From IMG/VR virus record IMGVR_UViG_3300028599_000007, positions 1-46,091 of that record: a stretch of DNA of 46,091 nucleotides. One strand, 5' to 3'. A program made the position numbers and the translations under genes. Of the stretch, positions 9,778 to 19,208 are shown in pieces; the stretch's first letter is position 1, and every line of letters starts with the position of its first letter. A model generated the notes under the pieces. That model worked only from the letters and a program-made list of their open reading frames with translations, was not told the origin of the DNA and searched no databases. The stretch comes from a virus. Its lineage: Duplodnaviria; Caudoviricetes.

Positions 9778-10330
9778 TCATTAACTTTAGCGTATCAAGA
9801 TATTCCTTTACTGAAGTTTGCCAGAATGTTTCGGGGTCTACAGCAAGTGGTGGCACTGCTCCATACACAAATAGAAATTGCGTCTCCTGGTTTAGTGATA
9901 CTGCACCAGCAATTGACTGCATCCTTTTTGTATTTTCAGGAGTTACCTTGATTGTATATTCATAGATTGTCTTGCCGTCTACAAGGACTTCCCTTGTGGT
10001 GGGCTTTCCTTTATCATCTTCTTCTTCAATGATTTCAGTTATTGGTTGAGTCCAGATTCTTTTTCCGAATGTCTTAGAATCTCTATCTAAATCCGTAACC
10101 CTCTTTCCAACAAACTTTTCATTTCTACCAAGCCATGCAGATTCTGCAATTGTATCTCCTATATCATAATCATGAGAGTCATCTTTCTCACCATAATATC
10201 GTATAATACTGGCAAAGTAATATTCTCCATCAACACGTTTTTCTTTAACTATACGAGATGCTCGCCAGTCCTTATCCCAGCTGAAATTCTCCAAGTCTGT
10301 AACAAAATTTTGTTTTATTGACATTGACAT
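9734..10330 (-). CDS. Hypothetical protein
   Basis: 198-aa ORF downstream of the capsid gene with an upstream TCTTATTAA motif. Confidence 0.7.
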   Translation of the reverse strand: MSMSIKQNFVTDLENFSWDKDWRASRIVKEKRVDGEYYFASIIRYYGEKDDSHDYDIGDTIAESAWLGRNEKFVGKRVTDLDRDSKTFGKRIWTQPITEIIEEEDDKGKPTTREVLVDGKTIYEYTIKVTPENTKRMQSIAGAVSLNQETQFLFVYGAVPPLAVDPETFWQTSVKEYLDTLKLMNVEKIKKSPPKSHG

Positions 10331-10418
10331 ATGTTATTAACATCACAATACGTATGTATTAAATCTTATTAACAATTCATTCAATTCTTAATAACAATTA
10401 AAGAAAGAAGAAAATCTT

Positions 10419-11603
10419 CTAGGCTGGTGCGATTGGTACTTGTACACCAGTGATTATTCGACCAGTGTCTGGATTGATTACCTTTGCCAAGTGATGACTC
10501 ATTGTGACATATGTCTGGGTTCCAGTTAACTCATCAGTCTTTGTTGCGACTCTAGTTGGTCCCTCTAACATGATTCCACATGATTCCACACCGTTATCTG
10601 TTAGGATGGCTACACCCTGCTCGATAAATTGGTCTTGAACCATTGTTACTCCATCAAGGCCTCGTGCTGGTCTTGTTCCTGGTTTAGGTTCAAATGATGG
10701 GGTTGGTTGAATCCATCCTCTCAAGTAGGAGTTGTTATCATAAATTTTACCAGTAATGGCATTTACACCCATTGTGTTGAATATTCCACCAACGTTTGTT
10801 CCTTCGATGGTTGAATTAACTACTCTCATGATGTCTTTTGTTGGATCAACTACTGAACGGTCAGAGTCTATAGAAGTAAATGCTTCCCAGTCACCCAAGG
10901 CCACTACTGCGGTTATTCCATTACGTGCTTCTGTAACCACATCAAATGCCTTTCTTTGCATTACTTTGGTAGATGCAGTTGTGATGCTGTCTTGGAATGG
11001 ATTGTGAACATTTCTTCGCATTGCTTCATCAGTAACACGAGACATGAGTCCGTATTTCTTGGTGTTTAGTGTAACTCTTTCATATTTGATTTCCTTGTTT
11101 CTAGGTAAGGTGTTCTCTGGAATTTGTTCCATGCCGTTTTGTTTAAGAACTTTGTCAAAGTTTAAGACAAGCTCTTCAGTTGGAACTCTTTCGAAAAGTT
11201 CTACTCCAGCATAGTTTCTGTCTTTTAATCCGTATAGTCTTTCAAATATCTTTACAACATCTACTGCCCTGTTTTCTGTGGATAACATTGCAGCTTCTTT
11301 TATTCTGTCGTTCTTTACGAAACTATCATAAGCTATTGAAGCCTCTCTTAGTTCTGGATCATGATATGGATTAGATAGGCTATCAACTAGACTCTGTGTT
11401 AGTGAACCGTCCATTGATGCCTTTTCAATTACTGATCTGTTATGAGATGCAACTGCAGGGTCATAGATTTTAGATGCTCCTACTTCGTTAGTGAAACCAT
11501 TGTCTGGTGAATATACAGTAGAGTAAACCTGATGGTCTACTGGGTTTAGCCAGATTTGCTCTGTTGAGTTTCTTCTGAGTTTTGATTCGATTATTTGTGC
11601 CAT
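10419..11603 (-). CDS. Major capsid protein (HK97 fold)
   Basis: About 394 aa from MAQIIESK; E-loop/backbone-like segment QIPENTLPRNKEIKYERVTLNTKKYGLMSRVTDEAMRR; follows protease, scaffold and decoration genes. Confidence 0.85.
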   Translation of the reverse strand: MAQIIESKLRRNSTEQIWLNPVDHQVYSTVYSPDNGFTNEVGASKIYDPAVASHNRSVIEKASMDGSLTQSLVDSLSNPYHDPELREASIAYDSFVKNDRIKEAAMLSTENRAVDVVKIFERLYGLKDRNYAGVELFERVPTEELVLNFDKVLKQNGMEQIPENTLPRNKEIKYERVTLNTKKYGLMSRVTDEAMRRNVHNPFQDSITTASTKVMQRKAFDVVTEARNGITAVVALGDWEAFTSIDSDRSVVDPTKDIMRVVNSTIEGTNVGGIFNTMGVNAITGKIYDNNSYLRGWIQPTPSFEPKPGTRPARGLDGVTMVQDQFIEQGVAILTDNGVESCGIMLEGPTRVATKTDELTGTQTYVTMSHHLAKVINPDTGRIITGVQVPIAPA

Positions 11604-11608
11604 TATGA

Positions 11609-12163
11609 TTATGCTCCTGGGTTCTCCACTAATTGGAACCAACCGACAAATTGGTCTGTGTCAGCTCCTGTAACTGATTGATCAGGGACTATACCTGGTG
11701 TTAATGTCTCATTAAATGGAGTTGATGCATCCTTGTCTAACAATGCAGCTTCAATTCCTAGGAATCTACAATACTTTAAGCCTGCAGCATCAGTGCCGTC
11801 AAGCCATTTGTTTACAATACCTGCAACGGTAGTTGAAATTTTACAATAATCTCCTGGGAATAATGTCAATGCTGCAGTAATTGTCTCAAAGGTCAATGCG
11901 ACTCTTTGTGGTGCTGCAACTCCACTCATCTCGGTATCGCCTGGAGAGCCTCCAGAGTTATCAACTGATTCAGTTGGTACAAATGGTGCGTGGCCTTCTG
12001 CAGCTAATGCTGTAGTTCCTATGGTTACATCACCATCTACAAGATAACATGCAACTCCACGTGCAATGTTTTCTGCAGCTTGAGGTCTTGATAGTTGGCC
12101 GTCATTAAGATCAGGAGTATCTCCTGGTTGAACGTTTCTGGTTGGGCCTACTTGGAATGACAT
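11609..12163 (-). CDS. Capsid decoration/cement protein
   Basis: 184 aa, AAENIARGVACYL motif, Gly/Ala/Thr-rich, between scaffold and MCP. Confidence 0.6.
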   Translation of the reverse strand: MSFQVGPTRNVQPGDTPDLNDGQLSRPQAAENIARGVACYLVDGDVTIGTTALAAEGHAPFVPTESVDNSGGSPGDTEMSGVAAPQRVALTFETITAALTLFPGDYCKISTTVAGIVNKWLDGTDAAGLKYCRFLGIEAALLDKDASTPFNETLTPGIVPDQSVTGADTDQFVGWFQLVENPGA

Positions 12164-12165
12164 TT

Positions 12166-12780
12166 CTAAATCACACTCGAGATGTTAATCTCGTCTCCAT
12201 CACTTGTATCATTGTCATAGATTGAATCATTCATCGATGCAATCTTGACCATTGTTTTATTGCTGATAATATCACTTGCTTCTTGGATTTTTGCCTCTAC
12301 GATTCCGAGGGATTGTTTTGAATTTATAATTTCATTCATTTTAGCTTCATGCATTGATTGCGGAAATAGGCTGGCATACTTTGGTGCTAGTTTTGCGAGT
12401 TTTGTTTCTCGCTGCATTCTTTCCATTGATGCCTCTAAATTCTTAATTTTTTTATCTTTATCATCTTCTTCTTCATTTGCTGCAGTTTTTTCCATTCTTT
12501 TCTTTTTCTCTTCTTCTGTCTCTTCTGCAGCTACCTCAATTTGTTCTGGTTCCTCTTCACGTGTGCTTAATGCATCTCGTGATTCTTCTTCTGCAGGAAC
12601 TCCTTCTGCAATTTCGGTTGCAAGTTCATTTGCAACTGCTGCAATTTCTCCAATCTCTAAAGCAATTTCTTGCACTGATTCTGGAGTTAAAGTTTCTCCA
12701 CCAATCTGTGCGCTCTTAACTTTATTTGAAAAGTCGCTTAGTATGGAAGCTGTTTTTAGCAGTTGTGTTTTAGTTCTCAC
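12166..12780 (-). CDS. Capsid scaffolding protein
   Basis: Acidic coiled coil (EETEEEKKKR, EEEDDKDKKIKNLEASMERM). GTG at 12780 preferred over the track start 12870 because it avoids overlap with the protease and lies 41 bp from the late motif. Confidence 0.7.
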   Translation of the reverse strand: MRTKTQLLKTASILSDFSNKVKSAQIGGETLTPESVQEIALEIGEIAAVANELATEIAEGVPAEEESRDALSTREEEPEQIEVAAEETEEEKKKRMEKTAANEEEDDKDKKIKNLEASMERMQRETKLAKLAPKYASLFPQSMHEAKMNEIINSKQSLGIVEAKIQEASDIISNKTMVKIASMNDSIYDNDTSDGDEINISSVI

Positions 12781-12838
12781 GAATTCAACTAAATTAATTT
12801 TGGATATAAGGCGTTTGTTTTTCTTAATAATATTTTTC

Positions 12839-13651
12839 TTAATAATTTCTGTTCTTTCTTTTTGCAACAATTACTTTGTCAACGTTTTTGTTTTCAGTGG
12901 ATAGCATAGCTGCGATTCTTGTAACGTCTGATTTGAATTCGTTTGCAGCTCCTGCAAACTGTGTCTTGCATGCAGCTCCAGTTCCAAAACATGTTCCGTT
13001 TAACAATGCAATGTTTCCATAAGCTGGCCTTTGATCAAGTGCAGCCAAATGAAGTCCAGTCCATTTTGTAATTCTTCCTTCTGGTTCTGTCATGTCAAGC
13101 TGGTACAATGCTGGAGAACAGAATGGTGGAAGGTCGCTAAACTCTATTCCCTCTGCAAGTTTTACTGATGCGTTCCATACGTTTTTGTCAGAATTAAAAA
13201 ACACGTCATCGATTGTCCCTATCTTGAATCTGTCCTGGAATTCCTTGATATGATCCATGTCTAGAGGATTTAATCCAGCTACTAATTCAGGTGATCTTTT
13301 TATGAAATGCGATATGCTAGGGTGTAAAAACTGTGCTCCATACGGTGAATCATTGACGAATTTACTACTGGTGGCAACAAGAGGCATTCCCTTGAATGTT
13401 CCAATGTTTGCAGGAATTGATGGAGACGTTACTCCCCATTCTCTTCCGTTAATCTCATCGCCTTTCAGCAAGAAGTAACTTGCATGGTGTTCTTGTTTTT
13501 CTGGGTCTGGTATGAAACTAGTATCAAGTGAAGCTGTAAGATACGGTTGTTTTAATTTAAAAATTATTTTTTCACATGCAAGCTTTAGCTTTATTGTATC
13601 AAGGGATAACGAAGCTTGTTTGTATTTGCATCCTTGCAGTGGCGTCATCAT
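12839..13651 (-). CDS. Prohead maturation protease
   Basis: DEINGREW, FKGMPLV, H, FCSP and HLAALDQRPAYG motifs of assemblin-like head proteases; synteny. Confidence 0.75.
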   Translation of the reverse strand: MMTPLQGCKYKQASLSLDTIKLKLACEKIIFKLKQPYLTASLDTSFIPDPEKQEHHASYFLLKGDEINGREWGVTSPSIPANIGTFKGMPLVATSSKFVNDSPYGAQFLHPSISHFIKRSPELVAGLNPLDMDHIKEFQDRFKIGTIDDVFFNSDKNVWNASVKLAEGIEFSDLPPFCSPALYQLDMTEPEGRITKWTGLHLAALDQRPAYGNIALLNGTCFGTGAACKTQFAGAANEFKSDVTRIAAMLSTENKNVDKVIVAKRKNRNY

Positions 13652-13707
13652 AGAAACGATTGCATGTTAATCGAGTTAATGGTTTTGAAATTCTTATTAA
13701 TTTTTAA

Positions 13708-14049
13708 TTAGAACTGTCCGAGGTTCTGGCCAGTGATTGCCTTAATCCAGAAACACCTGCAGTTTGGATGTGTCGATGCTGGAATCTTTGGCCTGTTAGG
13801 ATCTCCCTGGTCCCATACAGTTCCCTCCAATGGCAGACAAATTTTGTCATCAACCTTCGAATCCATCCGTGTCATAAAGATTAGCGGAGTCTTGTCTTGC
13901 TGTAGTAATTCTGGAATCCTTTCCTCTTCGCCTGTTGCTTCTGTAATTGCTATTGCCAACGCTGCAGAGAAACCTGAGCTAAGTAGGATTGAAAATAATC
14001 CACTAAAGAGAGAATCACTTTCTTGTTGTGTTTGTTCTTGACTTGACAT
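13708..14049 (-). CDS. Minor head protein, short SPP1 gp7/MuF-like
   Basis: DSKVDDKICLPLEG...IPASTHPNCRC motif right after the portal. Confidence 0.75.
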   Translation of the reverse strand: MSSQEQTQQESDSLFSGLFSILLSSGFSAALAIAITEATGEEERIPELLQQDKTPLIFMTRMDSKVDDKICLPLEGTVWDQGDPNRPKIPASTHPNCRCFWIKAITGQNLGQF

Positions 14050-15673
14050 TCTTCTTACCCTTTAGTGAGCTTGTAGCTGCTTGCAACAGTTGTAACTTTG
14101 CATTGTGCATCTTTTGCTGATGATCATCAATCTGGTTGGACACTGGCCATGTCTTTTCTCCTGGACTTGAATCACCGCCAGTTGATGAAGTGTCCTCCAG
14201 CAACATGTCACGCATTCCCATATTATCCATAGCTTTCTCCATGCTTGTCGCACCCCTGTCCACAAGATTCATGTTCATGTTGAATTTTGCAGGATCCACC
14301 TTTGTTTGGATTATGGGTTTTTCAAACGTGTGTAATATTCTTAGTGGCACAACACCGATTTCTCTTGGCTCGATATCAAATATTATGGCCAAAACTCTAT
14401 CGTAAGCTTGTCTTTCTATTACCTGTGACAAGTTTTCCTGTTCTGGATTTATTTCGTCCTCGATGAATCCATCAGCTTCTTCCTGGTTTGCATCTCCACC
14501 CATATTTCCAGTCTTTCCTTTTGATAGCAAGAATAATGGTATGCCAGTCTTGCCAGCAATTGTCTCTATTTGCTGATTGTCTATTCCAATTAGACCTGTA
14601 ATGTCACCAGGGTTGGATCCTGATGGGTTTAGTAAATCTACATTGTGTGAGACTGAAATGTCCTTGCCAAGATTATTGGCCAAATCTCTGTTAAAGTTAT
14701 CCATGATTTTGTTAATCTGTGAGTAGTCTTTTCCTGGAACTGTATGCTTGAAGATGTATGGTGTATGGTACGTGTTGATAGCAACATTAAGATAATCTCT
14801 ACTGTACAATACCAGTCCTACTTTGCCAATGTCAACAAGGGAACGAATGTCACTCTTTCCGTAAAAGTCACTGAACAGATCATGGTTCTTTCCCTTTTGG
14901 ATGTAGATCATTCTGTTGGCATCAAACCGTGAGCCATTGGATGTAAGGCCAGTTACCTCAACTGCAATAAGTTCTGATGTTCCAAAATCCACAATGGGTC
15001 TTCTTAGTAGTTCTGGTCTGATCAATCGCAAAGCTTGTGGCATCTGATATTTTCCATCTTCGCCTCTCTGCTCTGGAAACATGCCAATTGCCGTTCTTCC
15101 CTGCTCTCGTGCAAACAGGTATGCATCAAAAATTAAATCTTTAAGATCAAGTGTCTTGAAAAGATGGTCTACCCATTTCTTGATTTGTGTGGGTGTCACA
15201 GGATCATCAAAGAAAGGAACCTCTATTGCAGTCTCCTGCCATTTCTGTAATTTTTCTGGATCCATATTCTCAGCATCTCGTGGAACAACTTCTGTTGTGA
15301 ATTTTCTTACAACAAGCTTTTGAATGATTATCTGGGATTTTTCTATCCAGGGGTTTTCCTCGTTTAGTATTCTTAGTAACTGGCGAAGCTCTGCAGGATA
15401 AGGGTCAACTGATGGGAATATCTGAAAGTTTGCAAACGGGTCTAGTTTTTTGAGCCACTTTGTATTATTACTGGTTGGAAGACCTCTTGCACTTGATGGT
15501 CTTATCTGGCCGTCTTGCGCCCATGCAGGTGCTTGTGCAAACTTTACGGGTCCTGCCTTCCAAATTGAGTCATCAATGTCTAATTTGTACTCAACATCTC
15601 TTACTTTGACTATGGAAATGCCTTCTATCTGATTGATGTTTTCATCGCTAGGTGTGGATTCTTTCTTGCTCAC
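14015..15673 (-). CDS. Portal protein
   Basis: 552 aa; LRLIRPE, DFYGKSDIRSL, IAGKTGIPLFLL, INPEQENL motifs; between terminase and head genes. Confidence 0.85.
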   Translation of the reverse strand: MSKKESTPSDENINQIEGISIVKVRDVEYKLDIDDSIWKAGPVKFAQAPAWAQDGQIRPSSARGLPTSNNTKWLKKLDPFANFQIFPSVDPYPAELRQLLRILNEENPWIEKSQIIIQKLVVRKFTTEVVPRDAENMDPEKLQKWQETAIEVPFFDDPVTPTQIKKWVDHLFKTLDLKDLIFDAYLFAREQGRTAIGMFPEQRGEDGKYQMPQALRLIRPELLRRPIVDFGTSELIAVEVTGLTSNGSRFDANRMIYIQKGKNHDLFSDFYGKSDIRSLVDIGKVGLVLYSRDYLNVAINTYHTPYIFKHTVPGKDYSQINKIMDNFNRDLANNLGKDISVSHNVDLLNPSGSNPGDITGLIGIDNQQIETIAGKTGIPLFLLSKGKTGNMGGDANQEEADGFIEDEINPEQENLSQVIERQAYDRVLAIIFDIEPREIGVVPLRILHTFEKPIIQTKVDPAKFNMNMNLVDRGATSMEKAMDNMGMRDMLLEDTSSTGGDSSPGEKTWPVSNQIDDHQQKMHNAKLQLLQAATSSLKGKKNVKSRTNTTRK

Positions 15674-15732
15674 GCAGGTATTGTTTTATGAATTGAAATA
15701 AACAGTATTATTTTCTTATTAATTTTTCATTA

Positions 15733-17162
15733 TTACTTAAGATCGGGAATTCTGTATTCTAATTTAGGTACTGGTATCATGCCACAAGCTGCATTATTCA
15801 TATCCTGCCCGTGTATGATTCCCAATTCTGTCTCTTCTCTGTCTGCACGAATAATATCAGTTTGTAGTTTTACCTGTTCTTTTGTAGGCTGTGGTTTTCT
15901 TGGCAATTTCTCATATTCTGGCTGTGTAATAATTTCAGTATAACTATCATCCCCATATCCTTCTTCCTTAGTGTAAACCGCACTTTTGCATCCACAGTTA
16001 CAATAAGATCCATCAACTAGCTCAAAGTCTTCTTTGTAATCTATGGAATTATTGTATGTGAAAGTGTCTGGATTTCTATTTCTTTTTGAATATCTCATAT
16101 AACAAGTATTGTCAAGACCAAAAACTGTGGACATGACATTTAATACTTGAAATCCAGGTTCCATCTTAATCAAACACCTTTGATCCAACTGCAGCTAAAT
16201 GAAGGCTCTCAAATTGATAAGGACTATCACGACATGGGGAAATACACACATGTATGGGCCTCTTTTGTTTTACTTCATACTCATGGTTTTTGCATAATTT
16301 AACAACAATGTAAGGAGAATCAATTTCTACAATAATGCACCCACAATCTATGTAACCACAATTCGAGATATTTCTATTGAATATTTTAACATAGAATGAA
16401 TCAGGGTCCATCATTGTTGATTGTCCTTAACATCATGACCATAATAACTTGGAGAAACAAATTCATTTGATTTACAGATTAGGTGTATTCTGTCATTAGG
16501 AATTATTGTAATACGTTTAGGAACAATCGAATGAAACCCACATTTGTAAATACCATTGCAGGGACAGTTCAGTGAGTCTTCTGTTCTAATCATGGATACA
16601 TCCTCAGATAACAATCCGTATGAAAGCATTTACCAGCATCAATATTTGGAAAATCAATATCTATTGAATACTGAGCTTCTGCAACAATCATTAATTTTTT
16701 ACAGTACATACATCGTTTCAATAAAGGCATCATGATTATCACGTATCGGGATTGGTTTTGAGCATGTATTTTTTACACATGTGATTGTACATGAATGTCA
16801 GTCCCATCAATGCCCAGTCAATCCTTTCGGATCTTATGTGATTGTCAAGATCACCATTGGTTTTGGTTGCTATTTGATTTTGATTTACTTTAATGAATAG
16901 CTGCCATACACTGTTTAGTTCCTCGTTATTCATTCTTTATTACTTTCCCTACAGTCACATACAAGTTTAATCCTCCGTTCTCAATATCGGTCAACCATTC
17001 CATATCCAAAATAATGAATCCGTTTCTATACGCTTTCATAGCTTGCCTTTCTTCTATTATTGGTTTTATATCGTGGATATTGTGAAACAATGCTTCTTCA
17101 GATATGTGATCAGCATTATACCTCTTTACAGATTTTATCTTAAATTCTATTGTTAATGACAT
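15733..17162 (-). other. Cluster of small hypothetical genes (15733-16188, 16166-16414, 16411-16629, 16739-16933, 16926-17162), several Cys-rich
   Basis: Abutting or overlapping - strand ORFs between the terminase nuclease paralog and portal. Confidence 0.55.
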
Positions 17163-17184
17163 GATTCTTAATAATTTATAAGCA

Positions 17185-17928
17185 TTAAAATATTTTCCTA
17201 GGCTGAAACAATCTGTTGCGAGTGCGTGGATTATTCAAGCTAGCTGCAGTCAGACCACCATAAGTCTCTGTTCCCAATATCTTTTCTATTACGTCATCAA
17301 AGGACTGATCTGCAGTTTGTGGCTGCGTGGCTCCGTTAATTATTACTACAGGTGAATCTCCATGCTGCAAAGACATCCTACCAACAAAGCAACAAATCAT
17401 CAGTGCCTTTGTCAGACCATCTAACTCTTCGCCTGGTGCATAGTATGATACAGTTCCCTGCTCTGTGACGTGCTCTGTGAACATCTCCATCTGTTTGACT
17501 AAATCCTGCATGTCCTTTGTGCGTACCTTCTTTTCATCAATTGGAGGAAACTGTATTGAGTGATTTTGTTTTAGAGATAATGTAAGCTGCGTCATTTCTG
17601 TCATATCCATTACTTTGATTAGCTCAATATCTTCAGGGTCTTTGAGATTCTTTTGTGTGGTTATTGTCTGCACTTCAAACTTTAGTGCGTTTTCCACTGA
17701 GCGAATCAGATGCTGCCCAATTAACTGATCTGCAAATGTCATGTGCCATTTTACCTTATCAAAAATTTGCTTGACGTCATCAGGGATTTGGTTCATCTGT
17801 TCTCTTTTCCATTGCTTGGCTAGCCTGACATATGCCAGCTTCTTGTATGGATCAATTTCTATTCCAACCATACCAAACACTGTTCTTTGTTTTGTGTAGG
17901 ATAGTGCAACGATTAGTTGGTTCTTCAT
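17185..17928 (-). CDS. Degenerate terminase nuclease-like (RNase H fold) paralog
   Basis: Colinear similarity with 18198-18749 (FGMVGI..KKLAYVRLAKQWKREQ; LVKQME..GTVSY..ELDGLTKAL); first catalytic Asp absent. Confidence 0.6.
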   Translation of the reverse strand: MKNQLIVALSYTKQRTVFGMVGIEIDPYKKLAYVRLAKQWKREQMNQIPDDVKQIFDKVKWHMTFADQLIGQHLIRSVENALKFEVQTITTQKNLKDPEDIELIKVMDMTEMTQLTLSLKQNHSIQFPPIDEKKVRTKDMQDLVKQMEMFTEHVTEQGTVSYYAPGEELDGLTKALMICCFVGRMSLQHGDSPVVIINGATQPQTADQSFDDVIEKILGTETYGGLTAASLNNPRTRNRLFQPRKIF

Positions 17929-18119
17929 TGTTTGGAAACCTTCACCAGTGCATCAGCCAATAATTCTAACCATCTATCGTAAGATTGTTTTGCCTCTAAT
18001 AGATTCTTTTCAGCTTCTATAACATTATTTTTTGAAGTGTTAACACCTTCCTTTATTTGGTCTAGCAATGTGGCATTTTTACTCATGTTTTTTCCACTTC
18101 TGTCTTTTCGCAATGCCAT
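17925..18119 (-). CDS. Small coiled-coil hypothetical protein
   Basis: 64-aa ORF with ATGA overlap to the next gene. Confidence 0.55.
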   Translation of the reverse strand: MALRKDRSGKNMSKNATLLDQIKEGVNTSKNNVIEAEKNLLEAKQSYDRWLELLADALVKVSKQ

Positions 18120-18197
18120 TTGTTGTAGTATGGTTGACTGGTAACAACCATGTCTCCTGCAGGTAACTTGCCAATTTCATAAGCCATACGATCAAGT

Positions 18198-18749
18198 TCA
18201 TCTTTGCTGATCCCACCAAATTCTAATTGCATTACATCCTATTAGCTCGCACATAAATAAATCATCATGCCTTCCTCTCTGCCTCTTGTAAGATACGTGG
18301 CCTGATGGTGAAGTTATCCCGACTATCTGATTTCTTTGGTTGATCAGCTCTGCGATGCCATCAGATTTCTTATCATGGTATTGTACAGTGTGTTTCTTGT
18401 ATTCTGTCTTTAACCATTTTATCATGAATGGCTTGTCAACTACCCAGCCATCAGCGTTTGTCTCTTCGGTCAGTCCTGCAGATGTTGAGACGTATTTAAT
18501 TGGAAGGTGTGAAAATGCCTTTGAAACATCCTCATAGTCAAAGTTCTTTTCTAGCATCATCAGGTGAAAGTTAATCTTTTTGTTCATTGATTCAAAATGA
18601 TTTGCAACAGTAGAGTATTTTTCCCTCTTAAACTCAATTGCATGTCTGACGTATATTTTTCTTTCAGGCCAAGTTCCTTGCATTCCAACCACACCAAATG
18701 AATCTCCTGCCTTTGCAGGATCACCTATTAGCAGATTAAGACTTTTCAT
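18198..18749 (-). CDS. Terminase large subunit nuclease domain, stand-alone
   Basis: IGDPAKAGDSFGVV, MMLEKN and GRHDDLFMC: the acidic triad pattern of TerL C-terminal nucleases. Confidence 0.8.
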   Translation of the reverse strand: MKSLNLLIGDPAKAGDSFGVVGMQGTWPERKIYVRHAIEFKREKYSTVANHFESMNKKINFHLMMLEKNFDYEDVSKAFSHLPIKYVSTSAGLTEETNADGWVVDKPFMIKWLKTEYKKHTVQYHDKKSDGIAELINQRNQIVGITSPSGHVSYKRQRGRHDDLFMCELIGCNAIRIWWDQQR

Positions 18750-18875
18750 ATAATTTGATTGGTTCTAAATTGTGTGCATGGTTTAGATATTTGGTTAACA
18801 GTGCTTTCATTTCAGATTCGTTCATTGTTTGTATCACGGTCCGAAATTGGTTTATCGTCAGGTTTATTCCAGGGA

Positions 18876-19106
18876 TCATGATTTTTCGATATCCTCCATA
18901 CTCATAGGTAATGCTGAGAGGATTCTGTTTGTATTTTTTGTGGTTATGATTATCTGTATCTCATCACCTGTATCTTTTACAATTTTTTCTATTTCCTGCA
19001 GTCTATGATAGGTCATCCTTCTTTGCATATCAGAAAGTTTGTAATTGATACATTCCATGAGACAGTGAAGATACTCGGATTTTTGTGCAGCTAGGATTGT
19101 TTTCAT
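18876..19106 (-). CDS. Hypothetical protein between the terminase halves
   Basis: 76 aa, preceded by two TTCTTATTAA motifs. Confidence 0.6.
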   Translation of the reverse strand: MKTILAAQKSEYLHCLMECINYKLSDMQRRMTYHRLQEIEKIVKDTGDEIQIIITTKNTNRILSALPMSMEDIEKS

Positions 19107-19168
19107 GAAAATGATTAGAGTGTATTTTCTTATTAAGACTAATATTTTCTTATTAATTTATCCTAGTC

Positions 19169-19208
19169 TTTTTGTTATAACTTTGTGGAGAATCTCCACT
19201 ATGTTTCT
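19169..19208. repeat. Palindrome-containing repeat, copy 2 (40 bp), overlapping the TerL ATPase stop codon
   Basis: Identical to 8308-8347. Confidence 0.95.

Noticed and set aside
12781-12870. Track N-terminus of the scaffold ORF (MLQKERT...)
   Set aside because: Overlaps the protease gene and contains the late promoter motif; GTG 12780 fits better
18750-19198. Intron, intein or frameshift joining terminase ATPase and nuclease
   Set aside because: The gap holds a separate ORF with its own upstream motif; no homing endonuclease or intein motifs; the ATPase has a distinct acidic C-terminal tail
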